A stretch of 64,000 nucleotides of DNA from Pristiophorus japonicus (GCF_044704955.1 NC_091999.1:44702001-44766000), one strand, 5' to 3'. Counted from the first letter of the stretch, positions 1 through 12,039 are shown. Numbers and translations: made by a program. Notes: generated by a model not told the origin, from the sequence alone.

Positions 1-1595
1 ACACAATAGTGATTCAATAACAAAGTTCGGTTGCACAGTAAGAATTTCATATTAAATTAACAAAATGCAATTTACAACACGGCTTTGAGTTATAATTAAA
101 GACACTGCTAATCATCTCTGTAAACAGGAGGTAACAAGTAACTGAACTCCCGACTCAAACTGAACACACGGTGGAATCAATATGTTGTCAGTGAACTAAT
201 TTCAGGCATAATTAATAATTGTATCCAGCCTCTAAAAGTTTCTGCTCCTCTTAATGGAGCCCAGTGTACTGCAGGATTTTGGAATGCGAATAATATTAAG
301 AAAATTATATTGATATTATAACATATTTTAAGAACATTGGAAGATAGTATCGCATTATAATATTATAATCGGTTTGTTAATAGTAATTTATTTCAGCTAC
401 AACCTGAATAATTGCTAATTATATAGCTGGTAATTACAGTTACGTTTTACTCAGTAAATATCAGCATCGTAAACATAAATTTATAGTTCAATATATAATT
501 ATCACCAATAATTGTTGTGTTAAAATATATTTCAATGATTTCTGATTCCTAAAACCTTCCTGTTCTCTGCCTACAATCTGCTTTCAAACAGTTTCAAACA
601 CATATCTTGTTTGTATTCGATCAGGAACCTGCTGCTGCCCGCTGTCACCGATATTAAACATTGTAGAAACGCCAAATAGTTTCACAAATTTTTGGTATTC
701 TGAATAACAGCGGCACAAACTCTCCTCAGCAGATCAATACTAAATCACATCACTGAGGGGCGGACAGAACCTTTCATGAACAGATCCTTCATTCTCTAAA
801 CCATTTCATCAGAATTAAATGTATCATTGCAAAAAGTCTCTTTACAGAATCACCGAAGCCGCCTAACACTAAAATAACTAATGATTGAATTCAACTGAAA
901 TATAAAATAATGACAGCAGAATTGTGATTTGGTGGATCATGTAAAATACATTAATGTTAATATTATAGCATATTTTAATAATAATGGGTGATATAACTAC
1001 ATCATTATAATGTTAGTAATATTAATTTAAATCAGGTCCATCTGGAATTTAAATCAGGTCCATCTGGAAATGTGTTAATTTTTCAGTCCTTAATTACAGC
1101 AACACTTCACGTATTGAATCTGTGCATTCGGGAACATTCGGTCAGTAGATGACAAATGTAATTTTCACTAAAATCTTTAAATTCCTTAAGAATATATATT
1201 GAGCGCTAAGGTTTCTGTTATGTGTCTAAAATGTTCTTTCAAAAATATTTAAACACAATGTTTGTATTCGATCAGAAAAACTGCAGCAATCATAGGTCAC
1301 CGAGATTAAACATTGCAGAAGTGTCAAACAGTGTAACAACTTTAAAGTATTTAACGTAACTCAAGCACAGAAACTCGTTAGCAGATAAACACCAAATCAC
1401 TTCAACAACAACTTATGTGGAGAAACAGTTGAATTCTATAATCACATTGTAGCAGAATTACATAAAACATTGAAAAACCTCAATAGAGAACCCACCGAAT
1501 CCAAGTTTCAGTGAACGAAATAATTATTAAAATAAAGAGAAATGTAAAATAAAGGCACAAATACAACAGTTGCAGAATGTATGAATGTTCCTTAC
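1..1595 (-). other. IgH J-C intron (AT-rich, with diverged internal repeats)
   Basis: Begins at the J donor; no C exon recognised in the window; ~608-752 resembles ~1259-1404; 22-bp tandem duplication at 1024-1067. Confidence 0.8.
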
Positions 1596-1660
1596 CTGCA
1601 ATCACCGTCACCATGGTCCCTGGTCCCCAGTAGCCCATGGCGTCCCTATTCCCGTGGTCC
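1596..1660 (-). other. IgH D(D)J segment, apparently pre-joined (J reads DAMGYWGPGTMVTVIA, followed by GTAAG donor)
   Basis: - strand: CACTGTG-GGACCACGGGAATAGGGACGCCATGGGCTACTGGGGACCAGGGACCATGGTGACGGTGATTGCAG-gtaagg. WGxG J motif; phase-1 donor at 1595-1591; 28 nt between heptamer and TACTGG. Confidence 0.9.
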
Positions 1661-1688
1661 CACAGTGATAGGAACCCGTACACATATT
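1661..1688 (+). promoter_or_regulatory. Recombination signal sequence, 12-bp spacer (D-type 5' RSS)
   Basis: CACAGTG (1661-1667) + ATAGGAACCCGT (12 nt) + ACACATATT (degenerate nonamer). A 23-nt spacer gives no nonamer-like sequence. Confidence 0.75.
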
Positions 1689-2093
1689 GCATTCAGTCTC
1701 TGCTCAGTACTGATTCTCAACATTCATTCGAAATACACATGCACTTCAAATACAAATTCGCTTCTTATCAAGTTTAGAATTTAGCCAACAGTTTGCAGAA
1801 CAAATAGAAGGAGAACACAGTTCTCACCAGCTCCCTGCAGGTATCGGGCACAGTGAATCGAGCATCATGTCCAGCTCTGCAATTGTTGACACTGTTAACA
1901 TTAAACAGGAGCACAACCGAAACCTCCCTCTGTACATTGGTTAGAGTGTTACATTTTCACCATTGAATTATCAGTGTCTTAGTTTTGTAAGAAGCGGTTT
2001 GTGGTCTGGTTTTGAACACTGCCGTTAACATTGCATTTGACACAATTACTGACCGTCAGGTTATGTTGGAAGTTATTGAATTCCCCCTCGATC

Positions 2094-2132
2094 TGTTCTT
2101 GTACGGGTCCAGCCCTGGTTCCTCTCGCTGTG
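2094..2132 (-). promoter_or_regulatory. VH recombination signal sequence, 23-bp spacer
   Basis: - strand CACAGCG (2132-2126) + 23 nt + ACAAGAACA (2102-2094), directly after YYCARH. Confidence 0.95.
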
Positions 2133-2436
2133 GTGCCTTGCACAGTAATAGATGGCGGTGTCTTCGCTCCGCAGTTTCTTCATGTCCAACGCGAAGATGT
2201 TGCTTGAAGTATCTTTGGACACAGTAAATCGGCCCTCAGTCCCCGGGGTGTAATGCTTGTCCGATGAACTGTAATATCTAATCAGCCACTCCAGCCCCTG
2301 TCCGGGATGTGGCGGACCCAGTACATGTAGCTGCCACCAAGATCTAAGCCGCTGGTTTTACAGGTCAGACTCAGGGAGCCCCCGGGAATCCTGGTCTCTG
2401 CCTCGGGCTGAGTCAACACCATATCCGACTGGACAC
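2133..2436 (-). pseudogene. IGHV: Shark IgM-type VH exon with 1-nt frameshift in FR2
   Basis: Acceptor ttctacag, then [42 protein letters not shown], one base missing near 2307 (TGA at 2284-2282). Restored frame: [58 protein letters not shown]. Both Cys and the FR2 Trp are present. Confidence 0.93.
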
Positions 2437-2561
2437 CTGTAGAAATAATCAAAAACCCCGAGGATCAATCCTGGTGAAATGATTCCTAATTCTGTAACAT
2501 TCCAGAGAGACTAACACTGAGACAGGAACAGTGAAAGACTTGGACAATAAAAACTACTCAC

Positions 2562-2607
2562 GGGAAAAGAAAGCCAGCAACAGACTGAGAGAAATAGCCG
2601 ACCTCAT
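2562..2607 (-). CDS. IGHV: IgH V leader exon (MRSAISLSLLLAFFS)
   Basis: 46-nt exon, ATG at 2607, phase-1 GTGAGT donor at 2561, 125-nt intron to the V exon; hydrophobic signal peptide. Confidence 0.95.
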
Positions 2608-2697
2608 CCTCCTGGCAATGTGTGGTGAATGGTTTCGGCAAGAACTCACTGGGCAAACGCACTCCCAGACTGTTGTATTGCGGTCCCAGTGACCGGC

Positions 2698-2782
2698 AGT
2701 TAAATTCCCGGGAGGTGGGGGCGAGGTTACAGGCGCCGCCCGTTGATTCCCTGATAGAGGCGGCTTCTGGGTCCACGTCACT
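2698..2782 (-). promoter_or_regulatory. VH promoter: CRE-like decamer AGTGACGTGG (2782-2773) and TATA-like ATTTAA (~2700)
   Basis: Decamer ~165 bp upstream of ATG; no ATGCAAAT octamer seen nearby. Fits the established octamer-less, TCR-Vbeta-like decamer promoter of shark IgH. Confidence 0.6.
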
Positions 2783-4324
2783 CCTTCCACATCACCAACA
2801 GAATGGACTCACATCTGGACTCTAAATAAAATCCATTTATTTCCTCACTGCTTCACAGGGTCGTGAATCTCTGAGATTGAATTACATTATTAGGTTCTAA
2901 AGACACGGCCAGTTTATGTTTCTCCATCTCCTGCTATCTATCCATGCATCTGTACCAATAAAGTATCCCCTATAATCTGAATTATTATCACTCTATGTAA
3001 CCGAGTGCGGGAGATGGGTAATGTGATTCTATTTACGGTGCACTTGGCTAAACCGACACACTTTTGGTCTGGAGATGAGATCATACTTCTCACATTATAC
3101 AATTTATTCTCATTGCATTTCACTAACTGCCCGTTAGTCTGCGAACCCCAGACAGTCCTTTATAAAATTAGCTGTAAAATGAGTCCGCTTGCCTGATCAC
3201 TAACCACAGCAGTTGAAGGAGACACATAAGAAAGGTGTGCCCGCCCTCTTCAGACCAGTGTTTTATGAGAGAAACTTGTGAATCAGAACCGATAATGTGA
3301 TCAGCAAACCTCGACATCCAAACCCTTGCAGCTAACTTTAATAGCGACCGAATGTGTAACAGACACGGGTAACAGGAACACGGTGTATCAGGACATAGCG
3401 GTAAGTTACAGAATATCACAGGAACAAATGCTTCATCTCCAGCAGAAACAGATCACAATCTGGGCATTTCACAACCCAATGGTAGCCGGGCTATGAGAGG
3501 GGTTGTTGAGGGATCCAAATCAGCTCAAATTACACCGCACACTGCGCGGCTACTAATCAGGAATAATGGAGACATTAGTTTAGACCAGGCGCAGAATTCT
3601 GTGAGAATATTAAAGAAGTGCAGCTGGCACTTCTCTGTGAGAATATTCAAGGCAATTCAATCTGTTTTAATTACTTTGCGAATCTCACTCATCCCTCTAC
3701 AGTGTAGGGTGGGGCCATTAAACCTCACTCCAGTACTTCATGCTGTACTGATTAACGGGACTGGATGTCTAGAATGGTCTTTATTTGGAAATAGTTTACA
3801 TTCGATACCGTGTGGATCAATTCATTATTTTCCAATCCTATTTTATAATATGGTGAGCATGAAATTTACGGACAATCATTCTTGAGATGTTATACCATGT
3901 AAAATGTTTCTTGTTTTAAAAGTGCTACTGAATAATTTAATGTTCAAACAGTTAAATATCATCTTTCTCCCATTCTTGTTCACGCTAATCTGAACCACAC
4001 AACTTTTGGCAGTAACCCAACCGACTGCCGTCAGCGAGCATCGAATACCAGTGTCATTTACATGAAGCATGTGGGGTTCTGTGCAGTCCATCAAAGGTCT
4101 GTTTTCTCACTACTGACCGCATACCTGGAAGCCAACTTTAAAACGTTTACATTATCAAAATACACATTTTTATACACATCTACCCAGTAACAGTACTGGA
4201 GTTAAGTTTAATTTTTTTCGACATGTAAATGTGTGTAACTGTTCCCATATCCCAGGAAAGGAAATATATCCAATGTCTCAGATACAATGTCGGTAGTGGC
4301 AGTCAGCTGGAGTATCAGTACCGC

Positions 4325-4595
4325 NNNNNNNNNNNNNNNNNNNNNNNNNNNNNNNNNNNNNNNNNNNNNNNNNNNNNNNNNNNNNNNNNNNNNNNNNNNN
4401 NNNNNNNNNNNNNNNNNNNNNNNNNNNNNNNNNNNNNNNNNNNNNNNNNNNNNNNNNNNNNNNNNNNNNNNNNNNNNNNNNNNNNNNNNNNNNNNNNNNN
4501 NNNNNNNNNNNNNNNNNNNNNNNNNNNNNNNNNNNNNNNNNNNNNNNNNNNNNNNNNNNNNNNNNNNNNNNNNNNNNNNNNNNNNNNNNNNNNNN
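4325..4595. other. Assembly gap
   Basis: Run of N. Confidence 1.
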
Positions 4596-5203
4596 GATCA
4601 GTGCTGGGTCTACGACTGTTCACATTTTATATTAATGATTTAGATTTTGGAGTCGAAAACACAATTTCTAAATTTTCAAATGCACGAGTGGGGGGCGGGT
4701 CGGGGTTTCAATACTGTGGAACACTGCTACGAATTGCAAGAATGCATGAATTGACTAATTAATTTCAACACAGATAAGTATGAGGTATTACGTTTTGGTA
4801 AGAAAAATAAGGTCACTTATCACTTATAAAATAAGAATCCTAGTGAGATGGAGGAACCAAAGTCTCTGAGAGTGCAAATACACACATCATTAAAAGTAGC
4901 AACGCAATTAATAATGCCATAAAAATAAGGAAACATGCACGCGGGTTTATTTCTAGAGGGATAGAATTGAAAAGTGCAAAAGTTATGCTAAACTTGGTGA
5001 TACCACATTTGAAGTACTTTGTACAATTGTGCCAAACCCACGCCCTTTCTCTGAAGCCCTGCATATGTTTCCATTTAGATATGTGGATAGTGCAGGGAAG
5101 TGCAGTTGAGGTAGAAGTTCAGCTATGATCCCGTTGAATGATGGGACAGGCTCGAGGAACCGTATGGCCTACTCCTGCTCCCAATACTTATGTTCTTATG
5201 TTC
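4596..5203 (+). mobile_element. Degenerate CR1 LINE 3' fragment
   Basis: SVLG..LF..YINDLD RT remnant; (CTTATGTT)n tail near 5187-5203. Confidence 0.8.
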
Positions 5204-5209
5204 TGATTT

Positions 5210-6010
5210 TCAAGAAAATATGGACCTTAGATACACAATCTCTCCTCATAGGACAGCCGCCGCCCCAACCACCCCCCCGACCCCTGCTCCGCCATCCCAG
5301 GAATCAGGCTGATGCACCTTCGATGCACTCCCTCTAAGGCAAGTATATCCTTCCTTAGTTTAGGAGAAATAAACTGCACACAATACACGAGGTGTAGTCT
5401 CAGCAGGGCCCTATAGAAGTGCATAAAGGCTTCTTTGCTCTAATACTCCAATCCCTTTGAAATAAAATGTTGCTTACCATTTGCTTTCCTAATTGGTCAC
5501 TTTGGCTCTATGTTAGCTTTCTGTGATTCGTGCAGAAGGCCATCCAGGTCTTTCTCAGTAGCAACATTACCCACTTTCACAGCATCCAAAAAATATTCTG
5601 CGTTTCTATTTGTCCTATCAAAATGCGTAACTTCACACTTCTCCACATTATACTCAATCTGCCATGTCCTTGCCCACTCACCTAACTTGTCAATATGCCT
5701 TTTCGGCCTCCTTACTTGCTCCTCACTGCTTACTGTCCTACCTAACTTTGTTTTATACAGTACACTAATTTCGTCATCTTTCTATACACGTGTAGAAGTA
5801 CTAACAATCTGTTTTTAGGTTTTTGATAGCTTATTTCATTTTATATTTTCTCCCATATGATCAGTTGCATGTGCATCTTTTGCAGAATTCTAAAATCTTC
5901 CCAATTTTCGGGCTTACTACTGGTTTTGTCAACATAATACGCATGTTCAATTAATTTAATACTATCTTTAATTTATTTTGTTAGCCACAGTTGCACCATT
6001 TTTCCTGTCA
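5210..6010 (-). mobile_element. Degenerate CR1 ORF2 fragments
   Basis: YRAL.R.HL.YCVQF.SP.LRKDILALEGV motif on - strand. Confidence 0.8.
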
Positions 6011-6859
6011 GGTTTTTATTCATTATGGAAGTTTATCTAATCTGACGGCTCTGTATTATGAGCCGAAGGTGAATTTGCAAAATAATTTTGCAAATTCCGC
6101 CCTTGATACTTCCTGATCATCTGCACCTCTTGTGATTCGCTCTAAAAACAAATCCTCTGCGTAAACGTTCAAGAAAGTTATAGTGGTTTGAATTCTGAAT
6201 CATGTTTAAATTAAGCTCTGGGGCCTACAGCTGATATCCTTTATCAGCAGGTGGCGACAGTGATCATATTGAAAGATGAGTCATGTGGAGACGGATGTTG
6301 CTGAGCATTTCAGTCACCGTCTGCATTGTCAACACAAGTAATAGCATTTTAACAATATAATTAATGCTCAGATTACTTCTCAGTCAGTCAAATTTGAAGG
6401 GAGCATGTATCCTTCGAAATAATCTGAAGGGCAAAGAAAGATAGCATTATTTCAATGCAAACTTTAGGAAGATTGTCGGGCTGTTGCCGAGGATGCAGAG
6501 GAGATTGCTGCAAGGCATGAGGGAGTTCAATTATGTCGACACGAGAGAGGATGGGATTATTCTTATTATATCAGGGAATGCTTAGGGCGGAATTAACAGA
6601 GGTTTTCAAAATTGTGAAGGGGTTTCATAGTGTTGATCGTAAGGTAGGGTTTCCATCGGCAGGTCTATCGGTAACCAGAGGACAAACATTAAGATGATTG
6701 ATGAAATAAATCTAGATGGGAGAAAAGGAGATTTTTTTATGCAGCGAGTTGTAATAACCTCGAATGTATTGTCTGAAAGGGTGATGGCAGCAGATTCAAT
6801 TATAACTTTCAAATCGGGAAATGATATATATTTGAAAAGGAAAGATGATCTGTGTAATA

Positions 6860-8692
6860 AAAAGAGAGACAGTGTCGAGGATAGTATAAACAGAGACAGT
6901 GCCTGGCGTAATATAAACAGAGACTGGGCCGAGTGTAACAAAAACAGAGACAGCATTCAGTTTAATATAAAAAGAGACAGGGTCAGTACTTAAGGAGGTG
7001 GCCTTGGAAATAGTGGATGCATTGACAGTCATTTTCCAACATTCCATTGACTCTGGATCAGTTCCTATAGAGTGGAGGGTAGCCAATGTAACCCCACTTT
7101 TTAAAAAAGGAGGGAGAGAGAAAACAGCGAATTACAGACCGGTCAGCCTGACATCGGTAGTGGGTAAAATGATGGAATCAATTATTAAGGATGTCACAGC
7201 AGTGCATTGGAAAGAGGTAATATGATATCCAAGTCAGCATGGATTTGTGAAAGGGAAATCATGCTTGACAAATCTTCTGGAATTTTTTGAGGATGTTTCC
7301 AGTAGAGTGGACAAGAGAGAACCAGTTGATGTGGTATATTTGGAGTTACAGAAGCCTTTGGACAAGGTCCCACACGAGAGATTAATGTGCAAAGTTAAAG
7401 CACATGGGATTGGGGGTAGTGTGCTGACATGGATTGAGAACTGGTTGTCAGACAGGAAGCAAAGAGTAGGAGTAAATGGGGACTTTTCAGAATGGCAGGC
7501 AATGACTAGTGGGGTTCCGCAAGATTCTGTGCTGGGGCCCCAGCTGTTTACACTGTACATTAATGATTTAGACGAGGGGATTAAATGTAGTATCTCCAAA
7601 TTTGCGGATGACACTAAGTTTGGTGGCAGTGTGAGCTGCAAGGAGGATTCTTTGAGGCTGCAGAGCGACTTGGATAGTTTAGGTGAGTGGGCAAATGCAT
7701 GGCAGATGAAGTATAATGTGGATAAATGTGAGTTTATCCACTTTGGTGGTAAAAACAGAGAGACAGACTATTATCTGAATGGTGACAGATTAGGAAAAGG
7801 GGAGGTGCAAACAGACCTGGGTGTCACGGTACATCAGTCATTGAAGGTTTGCATGCAGGTACAGCAGGCGGTTAAGAAAGCAAATGGCATGTTGGCCTTC
7901 ATAGCGAGGGGATTTGAGTACAAGGGCAGGGAAGTGTTGCTACAATTGTACAGGGCCTTGGTGAGGCCAGACCTGGAGTATTGTGTACAGTTTTGGTCTC
8001 CTAACCTGAGGAAGGACATTCTTGCTATTGAGGGAGTGCAGCGAAGGTTCACCAGACTGATTCCCGGGATGGCGGGACTGACCTATCAAGAAAGACTGGA
8101 TCAACTGGGCTTGTAGTCACTGGAGTTCAGAAGAATAAGAGGGGACCTCAAAGAAACGTTTAAAATGCTGACGGGGTTAGACAGGTTAGATGCAGGAAGA
8201 ATGTTCCCAATGTTGGGGAAGTCCAGATCCAGGGGACACAGTCTAAGGATAAGGGGGAAGCCATTTAGGACCGAGATGAGGAGGGATTTCTTCACCCAGA
8301 GAGTGGTGAACAAGTGGAATTCTCTACCACAGAAAGTTGTTGAGGCCAATTCACTAAATATATTCAAAAAGGAGTTAGATGAAGTCCTTACTACTAGGGG
8401 AATCAAGGGGTATGTTGAGAAAGCAGGAATGGGGTACTGAAGTTGCATGTTCAGCCATGAACTCATTGAATGGCGGTGCAGGCTAGAAGGGCCGAATGGC
8501 CTACTCCTGCACCTATTTTCTATGTTTCTATGTTTCTATACAGGTTCTAGTATAATATAGAGAGGGACAAATTCTACTGTAATTTAAATAGAGACATGGT
8601 CTAGTGTAATATAAACAGAGACAGGATCTTGTGTAATATAAACAGAGACTGGTTATAATGTAATATAAACAGGATCAGGGTCTAGTGCAATA
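6860..8692 (-). repeat. 27-bp minisatellite in reverse orientation, split by the CR1 at 6985-8539
   Basis: TAGTGTAATATAAACAGAGACAGGGTC-like units at 6860-6984 and 8540-8692. Confidence 0.8.
6985..8539 (+). mobile_element. Young 5'-truncated CR1 LINE (RT half of ORF2 + 3'UTR), same family as the element at 40.4-45.4 kb
   Basis: Near-identical to 43800-45364; FADD motif; one frameshift and one stop; (TTTCTATG)n tail; flanked by ACAGGGTC/ACAGGTTC inside a 27-bp minisatellite array. Confidence 0.95.
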
Positions 8693-8806
8693 TTAGATAG
8701 AAGTACAGATAGATGGATAGAAGTACGAATCGAACGACGGATGGACAGACGGACGGTCCGACCGACCAAACGACAGATAGACAGACGGATAGACAGTCAG
8801 ACAGAC
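8693..8806 (+). repeat. (GATA/GACG/GACA)n microsatellite
   Basis: Directly visible. Confidence 0.85.
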
Positions 8807-8869
8807 ATGAAGATTTGCAAGGTTGGAATGTTGCTATCAAATTATTCTAGACATTCTGTATGGTTAAAT

Positions 8870-9700
8870 TACCCTAGACTCTGTTTAATTATAACTGCTG
8901 TGGACCATCTCTCTATTCAGATTGCACAAGGCCCTGTCTCAGTTATTACTGCACTAGTCTCGGGATCTATTTTATTACTGTAGATCCTGTCTCAGTTACA
9001 CTGCAATAGATCCTGTCCCTGTTCATATTATGCAAGTCTCTGTATCAGTTATCACAGTACCTGGCCGTCCGTTATAATACATTAGATTCTGTCACAGTTA
9101 CTACTGAACTAGACGCTGCCTCTATTTATATTACCATACACCCAGTTTCTGTCAATATTTCACTAGTCCTTGTGCTGTTTATATTACACTACACTCTGTC
9201 TCAGTTTACATTGCACTAGAAAATGTTAACGTTTATAATACAATAGATCATGTATTAGTTATTATTACAACAAGATATCCTTTATTATGTTATGTTGAAC
9301 CGTGACACAGTTTATATTATTCTAGCCACTGTCTCTTTATAATAGATTGGCCCTGCCTCTGTTTATATTATACTAGACCCTGTCTCTGTTTATATTACAC
9401 TAGCCCCTGTCTCAATTTTTATTCACTAGACCCTGTCTCTGTTTATATTGTACTAGAACCTGTTTTTTTTTATTAAACTCGACACTGCCTCTGTTTATAT
9501 TAAACTAGACTCCGTATTTTTTATGTTGCACTGGACCCTGTATCTGTTTATATTACACTAGACGCTGCCTCTGTTCATATTACACTAGACGCTGTGTCTG
9601 CTTATTTTACACTAGACCCTGTCACTGTATACATTACACTAAATGCTCTCTCTGTCTATGTTACAATTGGACCTGTCTCGGTTATTACTACACTGCAGCT
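8870..9700 (+). repeat. 27-bp minisatellite array (TATTACACTAGACCCTGTCTCTGTTTA)
   Basis: Tandem degenerate 27-bp units. Confidence 0.9.
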
Positions 9701-9934
9701 TGGGGTATAGATGTGTCTACATAGTTCAAATTGAACAATCCGAGTCGCTGAGGGTCATAGGTCGCATTAATGTAGCTATGGCGACCAAGTCACGTTGATG
9801 ACGCTGCATTGTTGTGAACAATGATGTCACCCATTGTTTACGTGTTGCTGACGTGAACATGTCAAACAGGCAAAAACGAAATGCAAGTTTCAGGAAGGTG
9901 CACTGATAATAACATTTTTCTGGGATAGTGATGT

Positions 9935-10360
9935 CACACTGTGCCATCAAACATTCCCAGGGCACGTACAGCGCGGGTCTATGCAGAGTAAAGCTCCCTC
10001 AATGCTGTCCCAGCAAACAATCCCAGCGCAGTTACAGCATGAGTCGAGAAACAGTAAAGCTCCCTCTACATCGTCCCATCAGACACTCCCAGTGCAGGTA
10101 CAGCACGGTTTAGATAGAGAGTAAAATTTGTTCTGCACCGACCCATCAAACTCGCCCAGGGCAGGTATAGCACTGGTCTATGCAGAGTAAAGCTCCCTCC
10201 ACATTGTCCCATCAAACACTCCCAGGGATGGTACAGAACAAGTTAGCTACAGAGTAAAGCTCCCTCTACCCCATCTGATCAAACACACCCAGGGCAGGTA
10301 CATCAAGGGTTAGATGCAGAGTAAAGGTCTCGCTACAGAGTCCCATCAAACACCCCCAGA
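9935..10360 (+). repeat. ~67-bp minisatellite (TCCCATCAAACACTCCCAGGGCAGGTACAGCACGGGTTAGATACAGAGTAAAGCTCCCTCTACACTG-like)
   Basis: About 6 units; homologous arrays at ~25740-25890, 35500-35810 and 57210-57490. Confidence 0.85.
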
Positions 10361-11852
10361 TCATTGAGTTCACACAACATATTTTATTATAATGCTGCCT
10401 CTCCGCACACCCACCAATTTGGTTTGAGGCCTGGAAATAGACCTTAGGGAACATTTTTGTTAGACATTGACTTCGTATTGTGAGGTAAAGATAATGACGC
10501 ATTCTTTAGAGGCAAGGCAGAAGGTGGGGATAGCAGAGAGAAGCAGAGAGGGAGGGGAAACAGGGAATTGCCACTAATACATTGAGCTGTCACTATATAC
10601 GGTGACTAGAATCTTTCCCCATTCTGACCGTGGATATCATCGTTGATTTGTTTACTAATAACTGAAAGAAATCTCCGAAACATCAATTGTTGCTGGAATC
10701 CGTTGAGACATTAGCATTTCTCTCTCTGTTTATTTCTATTCTGTATTGATGAGGAAACATTTATTGTGTTTCTATCATTCAATATTCTAATCTGGGACTT
10801 ATATTTATGTGTTTATTTACATAAACACCTCACTGGTTTCCATGACGTGTTCATGGCAGCAAGACCAGATCCACAAAGTCATTAACTGATTAGTTTAACT
10901 CACAGCACGGGTTTATTTTATGAATATTGACAGTTGGTATAAAGAAATGGAAATATCTCCAGCAGTGACATCGGTTTTTGGTTTGTTCAATTAGAAGAGA
11001 TGTGATTTATATCAAAGGGAAAATATTAAATTTAAAAATTCAATTCTGAATATTCTGCTACCAAAGTCAGTGGATCTTCTCTGAACAATAAGTAATTCAC
11101 TGGATGTCCATTTAGCATAAGATTCCAGCCATTTAAACTAAACAAGTTAAAACTGCAACAAGAGGAGTAACCCATTGCTAAGTGTATTTAAATGTTGACA
11201 TTTAGAAATAACTTTCACAACTTTCACGTCCTCGGACTGTCCAAAAGCACTTTACAATGAAGTACATTTGAAGTGTAGTCACTTTTGTAATGTAGGAAAC
11301 GTGGAGTTAAATTGCGCACAGGAAGCTCCCACAAACGTAATGTGATAAATACCACAGAATCTATATTTTAGTGATGCTGGTTAATGGATAAATATGTGTA
11401 ATGGACATCGGGTTGAACTGCACTGTTATTTAAAATCTGCCATTCAATCTCTTACATCCAACTGTGAGTGAAGACTCAGCAGATGTAACGTCTCATCCGA
11501 AAGACTGCACTACCGAGAATATACCCTCCCCCCCACCCCCCCCCCCCCCGCCACCCCGGTACTGGTACCAGGAGTGTCAACCGAGATTATGTGCTCAGTC
11601 TTTGGAGAGGGGTTTCAACCCACAGCCTTCTCACTCAGAGGCTACTGTAATTCCATTATAGCGGGGCTTTAGTACACCACAGCTTTATTTTTTAGATATT
11701 GTAATTTAGTTCCGAGTGTCCAAAGTTCAGTGCCTGAGACTAGTCCTGCACAGTCGGTTTATTTCCCGGGGATAATGCTCTTATCTTGCCTGGGATGATA
11801 TTCCGGCACTTGTAAAATGTGATTTCCATATCAAATCTTAGCGACTTCGCAT
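10360..11852 (-). pseudogene. Copy 1 (partial, most diverged) of the multi-exon FIIND-like pseudogene
   Basis: Homologous to copies 2-4: exon 11852-~11752 (KCRNIIPGKIRALSPGNK), large exon ~11185-10834 ending at GTGAG, exon near 10660-10400 (GKILVTVYS). Confidence 0.5.
11205..11660 (-). mobile_element. Deu-domain SINE (SacSINE1/AmnSINE1-like)
   Basis: Reverse complement of the core GGATGAGACGTT...GGATGTAAGAGAT and a tRNA-like head (GGGTTGAAACCC); same intronic position in all four units. Confidence 0.75.
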
Positions 11853-12039
11853 CTGGATGTCCGTGAGGTGCATCAGTCGAGCAGCTGGAAACTGGGACGG
11901 TGCTCCTTAGATCAGAGAATGTTAAGGGTGATTTAATAGGGGTGATCAAAATTATGAGGAGCTTTAATCGAGTAAATAGTTAGAAATCTTTTCCACTGGT
12001 AGGACGTACATTAACCACAAGCCAGAGATTTAAAATGTA

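Noticed and set aside
1849-1890. CACAGTG heptamer between V and DJ as a possible extra D segment
   Set aside because: No nonamer at 12- or 23-bp spacing and no properly oriented partner RSS.
4229-4762. ORFs spanning N runs (also 32602-33022)
   Set aside because: Artefacts of assembly gaps.
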